64,000 bases of DNA from Bdellovibrionota bacterium (GCA_965207455.1 CBDBMJ010000001.1:1472001-1536000); one strand, 5' to 3'. Shown: positions 40,691 to 49,855, counted from the stretch's first letter. Notes: a model not told the origin generated them from the letters alone. Made by a program: numbers and translations.

Positions 40691-41623
40691 GCCTGAGGAG
40701 GAAAACTCCAACATTCGCCGAATGGGAACAAGTGCCCGTTGCCGAATCTCCTCGTTTATTTCAATGCGAGGATTTAAGTTCTCCAGTGCGAGGCGTACTT
40801 TCTCTAAGGTATTCTTTCTCATATGAGGACATTCATTACAGGCACACTGATTATTGGTTGGCGCAGGAATAAAGGTTTTTTCAGGCACTTGCTTCTTCAT
40901 CTGGTGGATAATTCCAGCCTCAGTTGCAATAATATACGCATCCCCTGGATCGGTTTTCGCATAATTTAAAATTGCTGTTGTGGAGCCAATAAAGTCTGCC
41001 ATATCCAGTATGGGTTGCTCACATTCCGGGTGGGCTAGGACGGCAGCACTGGGATGTCTTACTTTTAACTGAATGAGTTTCTTCTCTGAAAAAATTTCGT
41101 GCACCATACAGGTTCCATTCCAAAGCAACATGTCCCTGCCTGTTTTCTTCATTACATAAGCACCTAAGTTTTTATCTGGAGCAAAAATTATTTTTTTATC
41201 CAAAGGAAGAGCATTCACGATACCTACCGCATTGGAACTGGTGCAAATAATATCACTCTCTGCTTTTACCTCAGCGGAACAGTTCAAATAAGTAATCACT
41301 AAATGGTGGGGATGATCTTTCTTAAATGCACGAAAATCCTCCACAGGACAAGCGTCTGCCAAAGAACATCCAGCACTTAAGTCTGGCAACAATACAATTT
41401 TTCCAGGGTTTAAAATCTTTGCCGTCTCTGCCATAAAGTGCACCCCTGCAAAGAGGATAATGTCCGCATCTGTTTTCGCTGCCACCTGAGCTAGCTGCAA
41501 ACTATCTCCAATATGGTCGGCTATGTCTTGGATATCCGGCTCTTGGTAATAGTGAGCCAGAACGCACGCATTACGATCTTTTTTTAATCTTGCTATCTCG
41601 TCAAATATATCCATCACAAACAC
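40679..41623 (-). CDS. nadA: quinolinate synthase
   Basis: [30 protein letters not shown] and C..M motifs. Confidence 0.97.
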   Translation of the reverse strand: MFVMDIFDEIARLKKDRNACVLAHYYQEPDIQDIADHIGDSLQLAQVAAKTDADIILFAGVHFMAETAKILNPGKIVLLPDLSAGCSLADACPVEDFRAFKKDHPHHLVITYLNCSAEVKAESDIICTSSNAVGIVNALPLDKKIIFAPDKNLGAYVMKKTGRDMLLWNGTCMVHEIFSEKKLIQLKVRHPSAAVLAHPECEQPILDMADFIGSTTAILNYAKTDPGDAYIIATEAGIIHQMKKQVPEKTFIPAPTNNQCACNECPHMRKNTLEKVRLALENLNPRIEINEEIRQRALVPIRRMLEFSSSGLVL

Positions 41624-41635
41624 CTAAAATAAAAA

Positions 41636-42021
41636 GCAGCAGGACGATAAGCCGGGTTCTGTACTTTATATAAATGTTACTTTATATAAAGTGGTAATCA
41701 TTCATCTCGAACCCATGTTACCATGAATCTCTAGCGAACCTACCCACATACTTTGGGCGAGCAGCCCTCAAGCGTATGCCTATTTGGTCTTGCTCCAGGT
41801 GGGGTTTACCAAGCCATATTGTTACCAATATACTGGTGGGCTCTTACCACCACCGTTTCACCCTTACCCATAAGACACCATCCCATGGGCGGTCTATTCT
41901 CTGTTGCACTTTCCGTCGCCCCCGAAGGGACTCCTGGTCGTTAACCAGCACCTCGCTCTATGGAGCCCGGACTTTCCTCTACCAGATAATAAAATCCAAT
42001 AGCGATTACCTGTCCTGCTGC
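41636..42021 (-). ncRNA. rnpB: RNase P RNA (type A)
   Basis: The minus strand has GAGGAAAGTCCGGGCTCCA, GGAAAGTGCAACAGA, AAGGGTGAAACGG, GGTAAACCCCAC and ACAGAACCCGGCTTA; the terminal P1 helix is GCAGCAGGAC/GTCCTGCTGC. Confidence 0.97.
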
Positions 42022-42075
42022 CCCTCCCATATACCACGCTTTCCGCACTCTCTCTACCTGAAAAGCGAATAATTC

Positions 42076-42516
42076 TCACTCAGACACCACAGGTTCCCCT
42101 AAATTGTACATGGTGATATTCTCACCCTCTTTCGTGGCCATACGAGCCCTTCCGTTGGATTCCAATAGTATTTCCAGAATTCTGTTTTCAGCCCCTCGAA
42201 CTTTGAGGTAAGTGTCAGTTATAAAAGCAGAAACTTCAAAATCTAGGATCACAAACTCCCTCTCCGTAAATCCCGCTAAAATAGCAGTGGCCTGCCTGTA
42301 ATCTGCCCAGTCCTCAGGCAAGTCCCCGTCGAAATAACGACTCCAAATAACCTCTAAAGGGGCAACCTCCACCAGCAAACTACCAAGCGTTTCTTCTTCA
42401 TTCGAACTGGAAAGAATGGGATAAATACCCGCAAAACGTTCCGCTGGGGAAGCCATGGCAACGTTACTGAAAAAAAGAGAACTTCCAACAATAATAAATA
42501 ATAATTTTTTATACAT
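42076..42516 (-). CDS. exported hypothetical protein
   Basis: GGAGG RBS; signal peptide ending AMA. Confidence 0.7.
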   Translation of the reverse strand: MYKKLLFIIVGSSLFFSNVAMASPAERFAGIYPILSSSNEEETLGSLLVEVAPLEVIWSRYFDGDLPEDWADYRQATAILAGFTEREFVILDFEVSAFITDTYLKVRGAENRILEILLESNGRARMATKEGENITMYNLGEPVVSE

Positions 42517-42554
42517 TCAACCCTCCTTGGTTTTTCTTATTATAACATAGAAAA

Positions 42555-43358
42555 TCACATAAACTGGAACGGGTCCGTTCCCCAAAATTCCTTCACATTT
42601 ATTGACGAAGAAAAATCCAGCAACCACTCTTTCATCACCGTACAAAAATGCTTTTCTGTTCCAAAGTGACCCACGTCCACTAGACATATTCCATCTGTCC
42701 TTGCCTCCAGCGCTTCATGGTATTTTATGTCTCCCGTAATATAAAAATCCAAACCCAACTCCCTCACCCGACCATACATACACATTCCCGACCCACTCAT
42801 AAACCCCACCGTGGACACCACCTTACCCATATCACCCACTACACGCACCGACGACACATCAAAAACCTTTTTTATCGTACTTAAAAATACCGCACCCTTG
42901 GGACCACCAGGTAACGTTCCATACAGACCATAACCATATTGATTTTCTTTATCCCCTTGAGCTAAAGAAAAGTCCTCCAGTACATTTAGCCCCTCTATGC
43001 CCAAGCGCTTACATAAGTTGTGGTGAAGGGCTTGGGGAGCTCGATCGAAATTGGTATGAACACAAATATGATTGATCCCCTCCCTAATTAAGCGCTCAAT
43101 AAGCGCACTCTCCCCGCGAGACTCTTCAAACGTAAGCGTTTGAGTGGGTCGAAACATCAAAGGATGATGGGTAATAATCGTATTTAATTTTTCCGCTAAC
43201 GCAAAATCCACTAAGTCGTGGGTGGGCTCAATGGAACAAACCACCCCAGTAACGGTTCTCCGCCCATCCCCCACCAGTATACCCACATTATCCCAAGCCT
43301 CAGCATGGGCAAATGGCGCTCTGCGATTAAGAAATTGCACAATATCTTCTGTCTTCAT
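42555..43358 (-). CDS. Nif3-like dinuclear metal centre protein
   Basis: WDNVG, THHPL, HTNFD, ITGD.KYH and DVGHF.TE motifs. Confidence 0.93.
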   Translation of the reverse strand: MKTEDIVQFLNRRAPFAHAEAWDNVGILVGDGRRTVTGVVCSIEPTHDLVDFALAEKLNTIITHHPLMFRPTQTLTFEESRGESALIERLIREGINHICVHTNFDRAPQALHHNLCKRLGIEGLNVLEDFSLAQGDKENQYGYGLYGTLPGGPKGAVFLSTIKKVFDVSSVRVVGDMGKVVSTVGFMSGSGMCMYGRVRELGLDFYITGDIKYHEALEARTDGICLVDVGHFGTEKHFCTVMKEWLLDFSSSINVKEFWGTDPFQFM

Positions 43359-43436
43359 CTCTCTAAATTATAACTTGTATTGAACTTTTATTCATATTCA
43401 TTTAGTTTGTTATAGAACGCAGTGAATTTCAAATGT

Positions 43437-43761
43437 GGGCCCATAGCTCAGTTGGTTAGAGCAATCGGCTCATCAAAATGGTGCCCTTAGCTTGAAAGAA
43501 CTAAGGTGTAGGCGGTGAATTCAGGGAAACCTACGGCAATATGCTACGGCAATCCTGAGCCAAGCCCAACGAATAGGCTACAAAAGGTAGTTGGGAAGGT
43601 GCAACGACTAGGGTTTGAGGATGGCCAATACCAATACAAACCCAATAGCGCCGCCCACCCTAACGAGTAAGGTCGAGGGTGAAGAGATAGTCTGGCGAGT
43701 TGTGAAAGCAACATAAAGCTGAACCGATGGGTCGTAGGTTCGAGTCCTACTGGGCCCACCA
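43437..43761 (+). tRNA. tRNA with CAT anticodon, most likely tRNA-Ile2 (lysidine); exons 43437-43473 and 43722-43761
   Basis: Joining the exons gives a 77-nt cloverleaf: acceptor GGGCCCA/TGGGCCC, anticodon arm ATCGG-CTCATAA-CCGAT, GGTTCGAGTCC T-arm, encoded CCA. It lacks the initiator C1:A72 mismatch and GGG/CCC features. Confidence 0.92.
43474..43721 (+). ncRNA. group I self-splicing intron (IC3-like), 248 nt, no homing endonuclease ORF
   Basis: 5' exon ends in U paired with the GUG guide; terminal G; P3 GGCGGTG/CGCCGCC; P4 TTCAGG/CCTGAG; P7 GACTA/TAGTC; GAAA tetraloops on P2 and P9. Confidence 0.93.
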
Positions 43762-43833
43762 CATTTGATTTTCATTGCTGTTTAAACGAAATCTTTGGTG
43801 TATAAGACTAAAGATATAGTAGTGTTTTTGTGT

Positions 43834-43910
43834 GCGGGAATAGCTCAGTTGGCTAGAGCATCAGCCTTCCAAGCTGAGGGTCGCGAGTTCGAATCTCGTT
43901 TCCCGCTCCA
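43834..43910 (+). tRNA. tRNA-Gly(TCC)
   Basis: GCGGGAA/TTCCCGC acceptor, TCAGC-CTTCCAA-GCTGA anticodon arm, TTCGAAT, CCA end. Confidence 0.97.
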
Positions 43911-44115
43911 TTATATTACGGGTCTCTAAAGTTAATGGTGGAAGTCATTCCAAAACACAGCCCCAGAAGCATGCAGCGTCAAGTTAGGAGACCCCTTTTT
44001 TCGAGGCACAAAGGCATTTTTTTATTTATTTTAATTTGACACGTCAGACCATACAGTATATAAAATATGGAAACCACAATGCGCAATGCGGCGTTGACAA
44101 ACAAAGGAGTAAAAA

Positions 44116-44865
44116 ATGAGACACACAAAAAAACAATATGGTAGATACGGTAACTTGGCTTTGGTTATTTGCTTATCCGTTGGAGTTTTCTTTACAGCAA
44201 CCACAAAAGCTGACGCTAAAGAGCTTATTCTACGTGTAGAGGCAAAATACCAACAAGATGAATTCATTGATTTGAGAGATCTAGTTGAATGGAAGTACAG
44301 CAATAGCAGGAAAATTCTGAAAAATAGAAAATTATTGAGTATAAACGTTAAAGGAAAGAGTGTGAATCGCTATAGAAATCAAGCCATCTTAGAGTTAGTG
44401 ATAGGTTCAGAATCCCAGAGTTCAGAATACTTAAATGGATTCATGGAAAGGATTCAATTGAAGAGTTCTTATTCTTCTTACAGTTCTTCATGGTATTTAG
44501 ACGTAAGAAAAGGACCAGCATATATAAAGGAGATCGTTCTTGTTTTAAGTGACAAGAACAGAGGAAACGGGAACTCTCGATGTGGGTTTAATTGCCGTTC
44601 TCGTTCTGTATGTAACTCACACACATCCTCTCGTGAATTGAAGAGGACTTGTAATAGGGTAGTTTCAAAGCCATCTATTACTCGAGCCTGTTATGAGTTT
44701 ACTCGTTCTTCACCTTCAGAAAGGCTTTGCCTAAAAAAACAAATACCTCCAGATTATACAAGAAATTGCTCTCGCAGATCAGGATTAGAGCATCAGTATC
44801 GTTGTCTAGAACAATTCGGCCAAAAAGAACCAATACCAATATCGTTATTTCCTCCCCGCCGGTGA
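44116..44865 (+). CDS. exported hypothetical protein with a beta-rich N-domain and a Cys-rich C-domain
   Basis: AAGGAG RBS, signal peptide, eight Cys in the last ~95 aa. Confidence 0.75.
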   Translation: MRHTKKQYGRYGNLALVICLSVGVFFTATTKADAKELILRVEAKYQQDEFIDLRDLVEWKYSNSRKILKNRKLLSINVKGKSVNRYRNQAILELVIGSESQSSEYLNGFMERIQLKSSYSSYSSSWYLDVRKGPAYIKEIVLVLSDKNRGNGNSRCGFNCRSRSVCNSHTSSRELKRTCNRVVSKPSITRACYEFTRSSPSERLCLKKQIPPDYTRNCSRRSGLEHQYRCLEQFGQKEPIPISLFPPRR

Positions 44866-45110
44866 AACTCAGTACTGACAAGTCATAGCACAACAAGAGT
44901 TAGGTAAAATTCTAAAAACTTCGACACAAGCGTTGCTCTTTTGCGACTGTACATAGATTTTTCCTAAAGTAGTTTTAATTCCAGCTAGAATAGATTCATA
45001 TTCCTTTTCTTATACCTTTTTTCAGGTCGTCGTTTTCCCCTTCCAATAAATCAATACCCTATTTCCTGTATCGCTTCCTCCTTTTGAGAGTCTCTAGTAT
45101 TTAGAGGACA

Positions 45111-45180
45111 AAATCAACTAACACAAGCCAACATAAGCCGGCATAAACCAACATAAACTAAAATAAGCTAACCAAACCAG
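45111..45180 (+). repeat. degenerate 10-bp tandem repeat, about 7 units
   Basis: AAATCAACTA ACACAAGCCA ACATAAGCCG GCATAAACCA ACATAAACTA AAATAAGCTA ACCAAACCAG. Confidence 0.7.
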
Positions 45181-45248
45181 CTAAAATAAAAAAACTGAAA
45201 TAAAATTAAAACCATGGAAACGAAACTAAAACTAAAAGGAGAAAAAAA

Positions 45249-45848
45249 ATGATAATAAATAAAACCATCATATCTTATGTACTGATATTTTTTTGTGCGT
45301 TTTCCGTACAAGCACTGGCTAATGTGGCAACACAGGACAACGGTCCGCTAGCTAGTTTTAATATAAGTGATAATATCACTTACCGCGAAACACTGAAAAA
45401 AGCTTTTAATAAAGCGCCATCAGCAGAGGTCAATGATGTTCTTGGTTGGACCAGTGGAAGGTGCTATGATATACATGCACAAAACGTTCCTAAAAACATA
45501 TTAATTGCTGGAGCTAAATTTGATTTAAATGGTCCCGAGCTCCCATATATCCATAAAGTTACTGCCATTAGATATGGTGGTGGTCCAGACTATTTTGACA
45601 ATTTTATGGAGGATGAGGCAGCTGCAAGAAAAGTAGAAAGTCTTATAAATAATTTATATAAGAGCATAGAGGGATCAGTACAGAAAGATGGAACCCTTCT
45701 AGGTTATTCTGGTCAAACTACTCTTACTTTGAGAAAGGGAGAAATAATGCAATCAAATGAGAAATATCTTCTGGCAGCAACAACTCATTATAATAACTTT
45801 GAATACGTCAAGGATTACTGTTATTTCTTTAAGCAAGTTAAAAACTAA
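45249..45848 (+). CDS. exported hypothetical protein
   Basis: AAGGAG RBS, signal peptide, a Cys pair (SGRC...YCYFF), followed by a terminator. Confidence 0.75.
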   Translation: MIINKTIISYVLIFFCAFSVQALANVATQDNGPLASFNISDNITYRETLKKAFNKAPSAEVNDVLGWTSGRCYDIHAQNVPKNILIAGAKFDLNGPELPYIHKVTAIRYGGGPDYFDNFMEDEAAARKVESLINNLYKSIEGSVQKDGTLLGYSGQTTLTLRKGEIMQSNEKYLLAATTHYNNFEYVKDYCYFFKQVKN

Positions 45849-45871
45849 AACGAACCTAAATAGTAATAAAC

Positions 45872-45900
45872 AAAATCCCCTCCAAGCGAGGGGATTTTTT
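45872..45900 (+). terminator. intrinsic terminator (copy 1)
   Basis: AAAATCCCCTC-CAAGC-GAGGGGATTTTTT. Confidence 0.85.
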
Positions 45901-46120
45901 CCTGTACTGAATACACTATTTCAGCAACTTATAAGGGATCTGACTCTTATAGCAACAGCATAGCGCGATGCATTATTTCCGATAAAATGACTCACTCAAT
46001 TATTTTGCCCACTGAGTAAAAAACCCTTGACCGGGAAGGAAATCTCAAGTACTCAGCTATTAACAAAAGGATTTCTTCGCAGTGAGTTCCTTAAATAAAC
46101 TATATGAAAGAGAGGAAATT

Positions 46121-46604
46121 ATGAACAATATATTAAAATCAACGTTAACACTCATTAATAGCTTGCACTTTATGGAGCTCTTCAGCTTCTGCTGGTGCTG
46201 TTATAGAAATAGTCACAGAAACGCCTAATGGTCAAAAGGTAGAATGTAAAGTAGTACTATACCCCGATGCAACGAGAGCTATAGCACATTGCACATCTGC
46301 ACAGGAGCTTGAGGTTAATGGAGAAATAGAGGTTTTTATGGTCCAAGCTAATGTGACAACGGGAGTCTTTGATGGTGAAGAGGGAGTTGCTCTTCTAGTG
46401 GAGGTATATCCCTTTACAAATTTAACATCGTCAGTAGGCAGTATGAAACTTTATTGCCGCGGTGGGGGTATTTCCGAAGACTCCTGTGGTAAGGATTTTG
46501 GAAAATTTGAATCAGAGAGGGAAGACCTTAATCTTGAGTGGTCAATCAAGTTTGATCAAAAATGGCAACCTAAACTGAATCTTGATCTCGTCGAGGTAAA
46601 ATAA
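46121..46604 (+). pseudogene. exported hypothetical protein with a +1 frameshift in the signal-peptide region
   Basis: GAGG RBS plus ATG 46121 (MNNILKSTLTL) stops early. A second frame is open from 46149 to 46604, reads LIACTLWSSSASA-GAVIE... and includes the listed 46338 ORF. Confidence 0.65.
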
Positions 46605-46687
46605 GAAAGTAGAAAATAAGCGCACTTGTTAAGAGTGCTAGTTATTTACTCCCGGCCTTTCTCTTGAGTGGAAAGGATACGGAAAGT

Positions 46688-46720
46688 AAAAAAGTCCCTT
46701 CCAAGCGAGGGGATTTTTTT
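46688..46720 (+). terminator. intrinsic terminator (copy 2, nearly identical to 45872-45900)
   Basis: AAAAGTCCCTTC-CAAGC-GAGGGGATTTTTTT. Confidence 0.85.
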
Positions 46721-46795
46721 GCTTAGTGCGTATACTTCATATTGCTTTCAAGAATTTTTAGAGGCACTAGATTAGTATGTTTTCCTGAAAAAATA

Positions 46796-46825
46796 TTGTC
46801 TTTGTTGCTCTCACTTGATTATAAT
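46796..46825 (+). promoter_or_regulatory. putative sigma70 promoter of array gene 1
   Basis: TTGTCT-18 nt-TATAAT; homologous to the region upstream of gene 4. Confidence 0.55.
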
Positions 46826-46846
46826 CAATTTATCAAGGATGGTCTT

Positions 46847-47374
46847 ATGATAAAAAGATACACCAATTTTTTGTTTCCGTTATTTGCTCTATGCATATCG
46901 ATGCTGCCAAATAATGCTATGGCCAGTTCTAAATATCAGGTCAACTTAGGCGCACTTTTTGCTATTGATCTGGATATTACAGGATATAGATATATCAATA
47001 TTGGTATGAATATTCTCCCTAGGATATATGTGGGACCCTACTTAGAAAGCTTCTCCCAAACCTTCACTTTTGCTGGTAATGACGAGCAACTAGAGGGAAC
47101 AAGCTTTGGTGCCTCTATTTTATATGAAAGAGGTGATTGGTTTTTTCTCGGCACTGTTGCCCCCATTGGGAGCAGTCATTTTAAAAAAGAACTGGATAGA
47201 CCTGATCCTAGCACACCCTCTCTTTGGTCTATTACCGCAGGATATGCAGTTATACCGGACCTTGGCTTTAATATGCTTTTATCCTATTTTTCCAGAACAC
47301 ATGGCAGTGACACAACAAATGGTTTGTCGAATAATGGCCTAGGTATTGGATTTGCTTTCAAACTCAATTTCTAG
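46847..47374 (+). CDS. small outer-membrane beta-barrel-like protein, array copy 1
   Basis: Start set by homology (MIKRYTNFL). Signal peptide, amphipathic strands, C-terminal FKLNF. Confidence 0.75.
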   Translation: MIKRYTNFLFPLFALCISMLPNNAMASSKYQVNLGALFAIDLDITGYRYINIGMNILPRIYVGPYLESFSQTFTFAGNDEQLEGTSFGASILYERGDWFFLGTVAPIGSSHFKKELDRPDPSTPSLWSITAGYAVIPDLGFNMLLSYFSRTHGSDTTNGLSNNGLGIGFAFKLNF

Positions 47375-47514
47375 CTGTACCTGAATATCTTTTTTTCTCT
47401 ATTTTCGTGTTACACTAAATGTATCAAGGAGGTTGTTATGATAAAAAGAAATACCAATTTTTTGTTTCCACTATTATTGGTCCTGTGCATGTTGATATTG
47501 CCAAATGATGCCAT
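47375..47514 (+). repeat. 140-bp direct repeat A (intergenic region + RBS + signal-peptide coding)
   Basis: Matches 52322-52461 with one mismatch, compared by eye. Confidence 0.92.
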
Positions 47515-47965
47515 AGCCATGCCGAAATTTCAAACCAACATAGGTGTGCTAAGTTCTTTAAGACCTGATTCAACTGGTGACAGCAGTTACTATCTAAACG
47601 TGGGAATAGGGATTATTCCTCAACTCTATGTTGGTCCTTACTTTGCCTTGCTCACTCATCCTCTAGATACACATAATAACTTGAAAGGGAGCACTTTCGG
47701 TCTATCCGCTCTATATGAACTAAACGATTGGTTTTTTCTTGGAACTTTTGCCCCCTTCGGCTCTACTAAAAAGGTTGTACGCGGCAGAGAAACAGACACT
47801 AGTATAGACTTGCCTCTCACCATTTCCATTGGCGTGGGTTTTTTAGTCATACCATATTTTGGTCTAAGCCTATCCCAGGTCTGGAGAACATATGGTAATG
47901 ATGAAGCAACTAGAGAATCCTCTTCTTCCTTACGCGTTGGATGTGTTGGCAAAATAAATTTTTAA
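47438..47965 (+). CDS. small outer-membrane beta-barrel-like protein, array copy 2
   Basis: Shared motifs LYVGPY and WFFLGT.APFGS; C-terminal KINF. Confidence 0.78.
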   Translation: MIKRNTNFLFPLLLVLCMLILPNDAIAMPKFQTNIGVLSSLRPDSTGDSSYYLNVGIGIIPQLYVGPYFALLTHPLDTHNNLKGSTFGLSALYELNDWFFLGTFAPFGSTKKVVRGRETDTSIDLPLTISIGVGFLVIPYFGLSLSQVWRTYGNDEATRESSSSLRVGCVGKINF

Positions 47966-47971
47966 CTTTTT

Positions 47972-48554
47972 ATGATAAAAAGAAATACTAATTTCTTTTC
48001 TCTACTATTTTTCCTGTTTATATTGCTGTCACCAAATAATGCTATAGCGAAAAAAGATGAAGAAGCTAAGAAAAATAAATCTGCCCTAAATTTTCAGGTA
48101 AATATAGGACGTCTTGCCGCTCTTGATAACCTGATCGTTTATTATTTCAGTACTGGTATAAGGGTTGCTCCCAAGCTATATGTGGGGCCCTACCTAGAGT
48201 TGTTTCAAGATGATTTCAGCCTTACCCGTCATAAATATAATGAACGAGTTGAGGGGACAAACTTCGGTGCCTCTATTTTATATGAAGAAAAAAATTGGTT
48301 TTTTCTGGGCACTCTTGCCCCCCTTTGGAAGTAGTAAACTTAATGAGAGACGGACGGATATTGAAAATAAGCCACTTGATGTTACCAAACCCGTCCTTTA
48401 CTCCATTACTGCGGGATATTCACTCATACCGCCGCTCCACTTTAATTTGCTTATCTCCTATTTTTACAGAACATATAGCGATGACAAAACAGCTCACTAT
48501 GACAATAATTCCTTTGCCATCGGAATTGCTTTCAAATTCAATTTCAGGCTCTAG
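47972..48554 (+). pseudogene. array copy 3, frameshifted at a C6 run (48318-48323)
   Basis: ORFs 47972..48334 and 48210..48554 join into one full-length paralogue if one C is removed. Copies 1, 2 and 4 have C5 at this position. Confidence 0.85.
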
Positions 48555-48652
48555 CTATTTTACTAGATACTCTCGCAAGAAATCTATCTGCTTAAACATC
48601 CTTCTTTCTTTTTTTCTTGATCCACCAGCCCATGCTATTTCCTAAAAAAACG

Positions 48653-48681
48653 TTGCACCTGTTGTTTCCACCTATTATAAT
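48653..48681 (+). promoter_or_regulatory. putative sigma70 promoter of array gene 4
   Basis: TTGCAC-17 nt-TATAAT, followed by an AAGGAG RBS. Confidence 0.65.
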
Positions 48682-48703
48682 ATTAATTATCAAGGAGATA
48701 TTT

Positions 48704-49303
48704 ATGACAAGAAAAAGTGTAACTACTGTTTTTTTGCTTCCACTACTTACTCTATGCATGCTGATATTGCCAAATGATGCTATTGCAAAGGAAGGTAAGA
48801 AAGCTAAGAAAAAGAAAGCTAATTTTCAATTCAATATAGGATATCTTAATGCTTTTGATGCAGTGGGCGTTTATTATATCAATGCTGGCATAAAGATTGG
48901 CCCCAAGTTATATGTGGGGCCCTACCTAGAATGGTTTAGAGATGATTACAGTTTTGACGCTAATCTTTTTACTTCCTCAGATGAGCATTATAATGAACGT
49001 GTTGAAGGAATAAATTTTGGTGCCTCTATTTTATATAAAAAAAGAAGGTGGTTTTTTCTAGGCACTCTTGCCCCCTTTGGAAGTAGTAAACTTAAGGATA
49101 AGCGACAGCTTGGCAATACAACATCTGATGTCACCAAACCTATCCTTTGGGGTGTTACTGTGGGATATTTAATTATACCGAAGATCCATTTTAATCTGCT
49201 CACCTCCTATTTTTCTAGACAGTATCGCGATGACCCAACAGATTACTACGAAAATAATTCCTTTGCTATCGGATTTGGTTTCAAGTTCCACCTCAAACTC
49301 TAG
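48704..49303 (+). CDS. small outer-membrane beta-barrel-like protein, array copy 4
   Basis: ATG 48704 after AAGGAG; same motifs as the other copies. Confidence 0.8.
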   Translation: MTRKSVTTVFLLPLLTLCMLILPNDAIAKEGKKAKKKKANFQFNIGYLNAFDAVGVYYINAGIKIGPKLYVGPYLEWFRDDYSFDANLFTSSDEHYNERVEGINFGASILYKKRRWFFLGTLAPFGSSKLKDKRQLGNTTSDVTKPILWGVTVGYLIIPKIHFNLLTSYFSRQYRDDPTDYYENNSFAIGFGFKFHLKL

Positions 49304-49507
49304 TTATTATGATAAAAAGAAATACTAATTTCTTGCTTCCACTATTTATCCTGTGCATATTGATATTGCCAAATAATACTATGGCAAAGAAAGACGAGAA
49401 GGCTAAGGAAAATAAAGCTACTCCCAATCTTCGTAACTTAGTCTTTTGACCGCCCCATCTTTTCCTAATTATTTCTGAAACCATCTCCTTATTATTAAGG
49501 AGGTAAT

Positions 49508-49855
49508 ATGGAAGAAGGAATTCAAGAATTAGAGACCAAGATTAGTTCTCATTTGACACGTTCAAAAAACAGCAAGGGTATCCATTGGCCCAAAGAACTA
49601 AAGGAGGAACTCCTTGTTCTATTTAAAGAAAGCGGCCTCAGCATTCAAAACTTTTCTAGAAAGATGAAACTACCCAGGCCAACCTTGCGCTCGTGGATAT
49701 GTGCTTTAGAAAAGAAAGAGAAACCTCATTTTAAAAAAGTAAAAATTGGCTCTGAAGATAAAGGTTTTTATACCCTAAGGAGTCCCAAGGGCTATGAAGT
49801 GAATGAGCTGAGCTTTGAGGACTTATCTCGATTGCTAGATAGGGGGCTTATATGA
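49508..49855 (+). CDS. tnpA: IS66 accessory protein TnpA (HTH)
   Basis: SGLS...F.R......TL..W HTH pattern; first ORF of the IS. Confidence 0.85.
   Translation: MEEGIQELETKISSHLTRSKNSKGIHWPKELKEELLVLFKESGLSIQNFSRKMKLPRPTLRSWICALEKKEKPHFKKVKIGSEDKGFYTLRSPKGYEVNELSFEDLSRLLDRGLI

Noticed and set aside
41673..41702. ACTTTATATAAA inverted/direct repeat as a separate element
   Set aside because: It is best explained as the AU-rich variable P19 hairpin of RNase P RNA.
41753..42079. ORFs 41753..41944, 41776..42072 and 41894..42079
   Set aside because: They overlap the RNase P RNA gene and are chance frames.
43544..43762. 72-aa minus-strand ORF as a possible intron-encoded endonuclease
   Set aside because: It is antisense to the intron and tRNA exon, too short, and has no LAGLIDADG, HNH or GIY-YIG motif.
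44870..45105. Possible minus-strand gene remnant
   Set aside because: Only short open stretches with no recognisable motif; it cannot be supported without a homology search.
45111..45180. Possible CRISPR array
   Set aside because: The units are 10 bp, contiguous and degenerate, with no spacers and no cas genes in the window.
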